Shown: piece by piece, positions 57,401 through 64,000 of the stretch
Layout: each line of letters begins with the position of its first letter
Numbering within the stretch: the stretch's first letter is position 1
Source: Antedon mediterranea
Taxonomy: Eukaryota > Animalia > Echinodermata
Assembly: GCF_964355755.1 (NCBI RefSeq)
Contig: NC_092675.1
Location: 12,767,812-12,831,811 of the forward strand
Direction of reading: 5' to 3'
Length of the DNA: 64,000 bases
The notes under the pieces: model-generated
Databases searched by the model: none
The model's input: the letters and a program-made list of their open reading frames with translations, nothing else
Told to the model about the DNA's origin: nothing
Made by a program: the position numbers and the translations under genes

Positions 57401-59875
57401 ATTTTGTGATTTTTGAAAAAACTTGTTAACATAAAAACACCAAAGTGCTTAGAATAGCTTCAAATCACATTTGGAGACGTTTTAGACCATTTTGTGATTT
57501 TCGAAAAAACTTGTTAACATAAAAACACGAAAGTGCTTAGAATAGCTTCAAATCGCATTTGGAAACGTTTTAGACCATTTTGTGATTTTCGAAAAAACTT
57601 GTTAACATAAAAACACGAAAGTGCTTAGAATCACATTATAAACCGTTTTAGACCATTTTGAGCATTTCGATAACAATTTTCACACAAAAACATCAAAGAG
57701 CACAAAATAGCCTAATATCGTATTTAAAAATGTTTTAGACCATTTTGAGCATTTGGATAAAACTTTTTCACACAAAACACCAAAGTGCTTAGAATAGCTT
57801 CAAATCGCATTTGGAGACGTTTTAGACCATTTTGTGATTTTTGAAAAAACTTGTTAACATAAAAACACCAAAGTGCTTAGAATAGCTTCAAATCACATTT
57901 GGAGACGTTTTAGACCATTTTGTGATTTTCGAAAAAACTTGTTAACATAAAAACACGAAAGTGCTTAGAATAGCTTCAAATCGCATTTGGAAACGTTTTA
58001 GACCATTTAGTGATTTTCGAAAAAACTTGTTAACATAAAAACACGAAAGTGCTTAGAATAGCTTCAAATCGCATTTGGAAACGTTTTAGACCATTTTGTG
58101 ATTTTCGAAAAAAATTGTTAACATAAAAACACCAAAGTGTTTAGAATAGCTTCAAATCGCATTTGGAGACGTTTTAGACCAATTTGTGATTTTCGAAAAA
58201 ACTTATCAACATAAAAACACCAAAGAGTTTAGAATAGCTTCAAATCGCATTTGGAGACGTTTTAGACCATTTTGTGATTTTCGAAAAAACTTGTTAACAT
58301 AAAAACACGAAAGTGCTTAGAATAGCTTCAAATCGCATTTGGAAACGTTTTAGACCATTTTGTGATTTTCGAAAAAACTTGTTAACATAAAAACATGAAA
58401 GTGCTTAGAATAGCTTCAAATCGTATTTGGAGACGTTTTAGACCATTTTGTGATTTTCGAAAAAACTTGTTAACATAAAATCACCAATGTGCTTAGAATA
58501 GCTTCAAATCGCATTTTGAGACGTTTTAGACCATTTTGTGCATTTCGATGAAACTTGGTTACACAAAAACATCAAAGTGCTTAAAATCACATTATAAACC
58601 ATTTTAGACCATTTTGAGCATTTCGATAACACTTTTCACACAAAAACATCAAAGAGCACAAAATAGCTTAATATCGTATTTAAAAACGTTTTAGACCATT
58701 TTGAGCATTTCGACAAAACTTTTTCACACAAAACACCAAAGTGCTTAGAATAGCTTCAAATCGCATTTGGAGACGTTTTAGACCATTTTGTGATTTTCGA
58801 AAAAACTTGTTAACATAAAAACATCAAAGTGTACAGAATAACTTCAAATCGCATTTGGAGACCGTTTTAGGCCAATTTGTGATTTTCGAAAAAACTTGTT
58901 AACCTAAAAATATCAAAGTGTTTAGAATAGCTTCAAATCGCATTTGGAGACGTTTTAGACCATTTTGTGATTTTCGAAAAAACTTGTTAACATAAAAACA
59001 CCAAAGTGCTTCAAATCGCATTTGGAGACATTTTAGACCAATTTGTGATTTTTGAAAAAACTTGTTAACATAAAAACACCAAAGTGCTTACAATAGCTTC
59101 AAATCGTATTTGGAGACGTTTTAGACCATTTTGTGATTTTCGAAAAAACTTGTTAACATAAAAACACCAAAGTACTTAGAATAGCTTCAAATCGCATTTG
59201 GAGACGTTTTAGACCATTTTATGCATTTCGATGAAACTTGGTTACACAAGAACATCAATGTGCTTAAAATCACATTATAATCCGTTTTAGACCATTTTGA
59301 GCATTTCGATAACACTTTTCACACAAAAACATCAAAGAGCACAAAATAGCTTAATATCGTATTTAAAAACGTTTTAGACCATTTTGAGCATTTAGACAAA
59401 ACTTTTTCACACAAAACACCAAAGTGTTTAGAATAGCTTCAAATCGCATTTGGAGACGTTTTAGACCATTTTGTGATTTTTGAAAAAACTTGTTAACATA
59501 AAAACACCAAAGTGCTTCAAATCGCATTTGAGACATTTTAGACCAATTTGTGATTTTTGAAAAAACTTGTTAACATAAAAACACCAAAGTGCTTACAATA
59601 GCTTCAAATCGTATTTGGAGACGTTTTAGACCATTTTGTGATTTTCGAAAAAACTTGTTAACATAAAAACACCAAAGTACTTAGAATAGCTTCAAATCGC
59701 ATTTGGAGACGTTTTAGACCATTTTATGCATTTCGATGAAACTTGGTTACACAAAAACATCAAAGTGCTTAAAATCACATTATAATCCGTTTTAGACCAT
59801 TTTGAGCATTTCGATAACACTTTTCACACAAAAACATCAAAGAGCACAAAATAGCTTAATATCGTATTTAAAAAC

Positions 59876-62800
59876 TTTTTAGACCATTTTGAGCATTTCG
59901 ACAAAACTTTTTCACACAAATCACCAAAGTGCTTAGAATAGCTTCAAATCGCATTTGGAGACGTTTTAGACCATTTTGTGATTTTCGAAAAAAATTGTTA
60001 ACATAAAAACATCAAAGTGTACAGAATAGCTTCAAATCGCATTTGGAGACCGTTTTAGGCCAATTTGTGATTTTCGAAAAAACTTGTTAACCTAAAAATA
60101 CCAAAGTGTTTAGAATAGCTTCAAATCGCATTTGGAGACGTTTTAGACCATTTTGTGATTTTCGAAAAAACTTGTTAACATAAAAACACCAAAGTGCTTA
60201 GAATAGCTTCAAATCGCATTTGGAGACATTTTAGACCAATTTGTGATTTTCTAAAAAACTTATCAACATAAAAACACCAAAGGGTTTAGAATATCTTCAA
60301 ATCGCATTTGGAGACGTTTTAGACCATTTTGTGATTTTCGAAAAAACTTGTTAACATAAAAACACCAAAGTGCTTAGAATAGCTTCAAATCGCATTTGGA
60401 GACGTTTTAGACCAATTTGTGATTTTCGAAAAAACTTATCAACATAAAAACACCAAAGGGTTTAGAATAGCTTCATTTGGAGACGTTTTAGACCATTTTG
60501 TGATTTTGAAAAAACTTGTTAACATAAAAACACCAAAGTGCTTAGAATAGCTTCAAATCGCATTTGGAGACGTTTTAGACCATTTTGTGATTTTCGAAAA
60601 AACTTGTTAACATAAAAACACCAAAGTGCTTAGAATAGCTTCAAATCGTATTTGGAGACGTTTTAGACCATTTTGAGATTTTCGAAAAAACTTGGTTACA
60701 CAAAAACATCAAAGTGCTTAAAATCACATTATAAACCGTTTTAGACCATTTTGAGCATTTCGATAACACTTTTCACACAAAAACATCAAAGAGCACAAAA
60801 TAGCTTAATATCGTATTTAAAAACGTTTTAGACCATTTTGAGCATTTAGACAAAACTTTTTCACACAAAACACCAAAGTGCTTAGAATAGCTTCAAATCG
60901 CATTTGGAGACGTTTTAGAACATTTTGTGTTTTTCGAAAAAAACTGTTAACATAAAAACACCAAAGTGCTTAGAATAGCTTCAAATCGCATTTGGAGACG
61001 TTTTAGAACATTTTGTGTTCTTCGAAAAAACCTGTTAACATAAAAACACCAAAGTGCTTAGAATAGCTTCAAATCGCATTTGGAGACGTTTTAGACCATT
61101 TTGTGATTTTTGAAAAAACTTGTTAACATGAAAACACCAAAGTGCTTAGAATAGCTTCAAATCACATTTGGAGACGTTTTAGACCATTTTGTGATTTTCG
61201 AAAAAACTTGTTAACATAAAAACACGAAAGTGGTTAGAATAGCTTCAAATCGCATTTGGAAACGTTTTAGACCATTTTGTGATTTTCGAAAAAGATTGTT
61301 AACATAAAAACACCAAAGTGCTTAGAATCACAATATAAACCGTTTTAGACCATTTTGAGCATTTCGATAACAATTTTCACACAAAAACATCAAAGAGCAC
61401 AAAATAGCTTAATATCGTATTTAAAAATGTTTTAGACCATTTTGAGCATTTAGATAAAACTTTTTCACACAAAACACCAAAGTGCTTAGAATAGCTTCAA
61501 ATCGCATTTGGAGACGGTTTAGACCATTTTGTGATTTTGAAAAAACTTGTTAACATAAAAACACCAAAGTGCTTAGAATAGCTTCAAATCGCATTTGGAG
61601 ACGTTTTAGACCATTTTGTGATTTTCGAAAGAACTTGTTAACATAAAAACACCAAAGTGCTTAGAATAGCTTCAAATCGTATTTGGAGACGTTTTAGACC
61701 ATTTTGAGATTTTCGAAAAAACTTGGTTACACAAAAACATCAAAGTGCTTAAAATCACATTATAGACCGTTTTAGACCATTTTGAACATTTCGATAACAC
61801 TTTTCACACAAAAACATCAAAGAGCACAAAATAGCTTAATATCGTATTTAAAAACGTTTTAGACCATTTTGAGCATTTCGACAAAACTTGTTCACACAAA
61901 ACACCAAAGTGCTTAGAATAGCTTCAAATCGCATTTGGAGACGTTTTAGACCATTTTGTGATTTTCGAAAAAAATTGTTAACATAAAAACATCAAAGTGT
62001 ACAGAATAGCTTCAAATCGCATTTGGAGACCGTTTTAGGCCAATTTGTGATTTTCGAAAAAACTTGTTAACCTAAAAATACCAAAGTGTTTAGAATAGCT
62101 TCAAATCGCATTTGGAGACGTTTTAGACCATTTTGTAATTTTCGAAAAAACTTGTTAACATAAAAACACCAAAGTGCTTAGAATAGCTTCAAATCGCATT
62201 TGGAGACATTTTAGACCAATTTGTGATTTTCTAAAAAACTTATCAACATAAAAACACCAAAGGGTTTAGAATATCTTCAAATCGCATTTGGAGACGTTTT
62301 AGACCATTTTGTGATTTTCGAAAAAACTTGTTAACATAAAAACACCAAAGTGCTTAGAATAGCTTCAAATCGCATTTGGAGACATTTTAGACCAATTTGT
62401 GATTTTCTAAAAAACTTATCAACATAAAAACACCAAAGGGTTTAGAATATCTTCAAATCGCATTTGGAGACGTTTTAGACCATTTTGTGATTTTCGAAAA
62501 AACTTGTTAACATAAAAACACCAAAGTGCTTAGAATAGCTTCAAATCGCATTTGGAGACGTTTTAGACCAATTTGTGATTTTCGAAAAAACTTATCAACA
62601 TAAAAACACCAAAGGGTTTAGAATAGCTTCATTTGGAGACGTTTTAGACCATTTTGTGATTTTGAAAAAACTTGTTAACATAAAAACACCAAAGTGCTTA
62701 GAATAGCTTCAAATCGCATTTGGAGACGTTTTAGACCATTTTGTGATTTTCGAAAAAACTTGTTAACATAAAAACACCAAAGTGCTTAGAATAGCTTCAA

Positions 62801-64000
62801 ATCGTATTTGGAGACGTTTTAGACCATTTTGAGATTTTCGAAAAAACTTGGTTACACAAAAACATCAAAGTGCTTAAAATCACATTATAAACCGTTTTAG
62901 ACCATTTTGAGCATTTCGATAACACTTTTCACACAAAAACATCAAAGAGCACAAAATAGCTTAATATCGTATTTAAAAACGTTTTAGACCATTTTGAGCA
63001 TTTAGACAAAACTTTTTCACACAAAACACCAAAGTGCTTAGAATAGCTTCAAATCGCATTTGGAGACGTTTTAGAACATTTTGTGTTTTTCGAAAAAAAC
63101 TGTTAACATAAAAACACCAAAGTGCTTAGAATAGCTTCAAATCGCATTTGGAGACGTTTTAGAACATTTTGTGTTCTTCGAAAAAACCTGTTAACATAAA
63201 AACACCAAAGTGCTTAGAATAGCTTCAAATCGCATTTGGAGACGTTTTAGACCATTTTGTGATTTTTGAAAAAACTTGTTAACATGAAAACACCAAAGTG
63301 CTTAGAATAGCTTCAAATCACATTTGGAGACGTTTTAGACCATTTTGTGATTTTCGAAAAAACTTGTTAACATAAAAACACGAAAGTGGTTAGAATAGCT
63401 TCAAATCGCATTTGGAAACGTTTTAGACCATTTTGTGATTTTCGAAAAAGATTGTTAACATAAAAACACCAAAGTGCTTAGAATCACAATATAAACCGTT
63501 TTAGACCATTTTGAGCATTTCGATAACAATTTTCACACAAAAACATCAAAGAGCACAAAATAGCTTAATATCGTATTTAAAAATGTTTTAGACCATTTTG
63601 AGCATTTAGATAAAACTTTTTCACACAAAACACCAAAGTGCTTAGAATAGCTTCAAATCGCATTTGGAGACGGTTTAGACCATTTTGTGATTTTGAAAAA
63701 ACTTGTTAACATAAAAACACCAAAGTGCTTAGAATAGCTTCAAATCGCATTTGGAGACGTTTTAGACCATTTTGTGATTTTCGAAAGAACTTGTTAACAT
63801 AAAAACACCAAAGTGCTTAGAATAGCTTCAAATCGTATTTGGAGACGTTTTAGACCATTTTGAGATTTTCGAAAAAACTTGGTTACACAAAAACATCAAA
63901 GTGCTTAAAATCACATTATAGACCGTTTTAGACCATTTTGAACATTTCGATAACACTTTTCACACAAAAACATCAAAGAGCACAAAATAGCTTAATATCG
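59876..64000 (+). repeat. Tandem duplication of a 1,980-bp, 23-monomer unit; second copy has an extra 176-bp dimer and is cut by the window end
   Basis: Offset is 1,980 for gtgtacagaatagc and ttctaaaaaac, then 2,156 for catgaaaac (61127/63283), gtggttag (61230/63386), cgaaagaac (61626/63782) and tatagacc (61761/63917). The 23 monomer lengths sum to 1,980. Confidence 0.88.

Larger units (their letters stand above)
1..64000. repeat. Tandem satellite DNA array, ~88-bp monomer family with A/B/C/D subtypes (~750 monomers); probably centromeric or heterochromatic
   Basis: GTTTTAGACCATTTTG or a close variant recurs about every 78-89 bp (rarely 38 or 68 bp) across the whole window in one orientation, and the array runs off both ends. 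The centromeric or heterochromatic location is inferred from array length, homogeneity and AT-richness only. Confidence 0.98.

Noticed and set aside
1-64000. CRISPR array: the repeated GTTTTAGA.. start and ..GAAAC/AAAAC ends resemble type II CRISPR repeat termini
   Set aside because: The sequence between the motifs is itself repeated hundreds of times in four homologous classes. There are no unique spacers, no leader and no cas genes.
1-64000. Single fixed-period HOR, embedded transposon, telomeric repeat, or strand switch
   Set aside because: Marker spacing is irregular, and reading through I found no non-satellite insert and no reverse-complement monomer (ggtctaaaac) on the + strand.

Overview
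The whole 64-kb window is one uninterrupted, head-to-tail, single-orientation, AT-rich tandem satellite array of about 750 monomers. The main 88-bp monomer is 28/88 G+C by my count. It looks like eukaryotic centromeric or heterochromatic satellite DNA. I see no genes, RNA genes, transposons, inversions or unique sequence, and I cannot name the organism or satellite family. All monomers start with GTTTTAGACCATTTTG or a close variant and fall into four related classes: A (88 bp), B (78 bp), C (87 bp) and D (87 bp). Runs of A alternate with 252-bp B-C-D triplets. Linked variants define sub-units of 165, 176, 252, 506, 683 and 1,980 bp, and near-identical multi-kb blocks recur at long range, the largest being about 7.8 kb at an offset of 13,621 bp. 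The ORF-track entries are chance reading frames of the satellite. The points most worth a second look are monomer lengths that step by about 10 bp (88/78/68/38), the ordered but non-periodic higher-order arrangement, and an apparent CpG-deamination signature. All coordinates and offsets were counted by eye and need computational confirmation.
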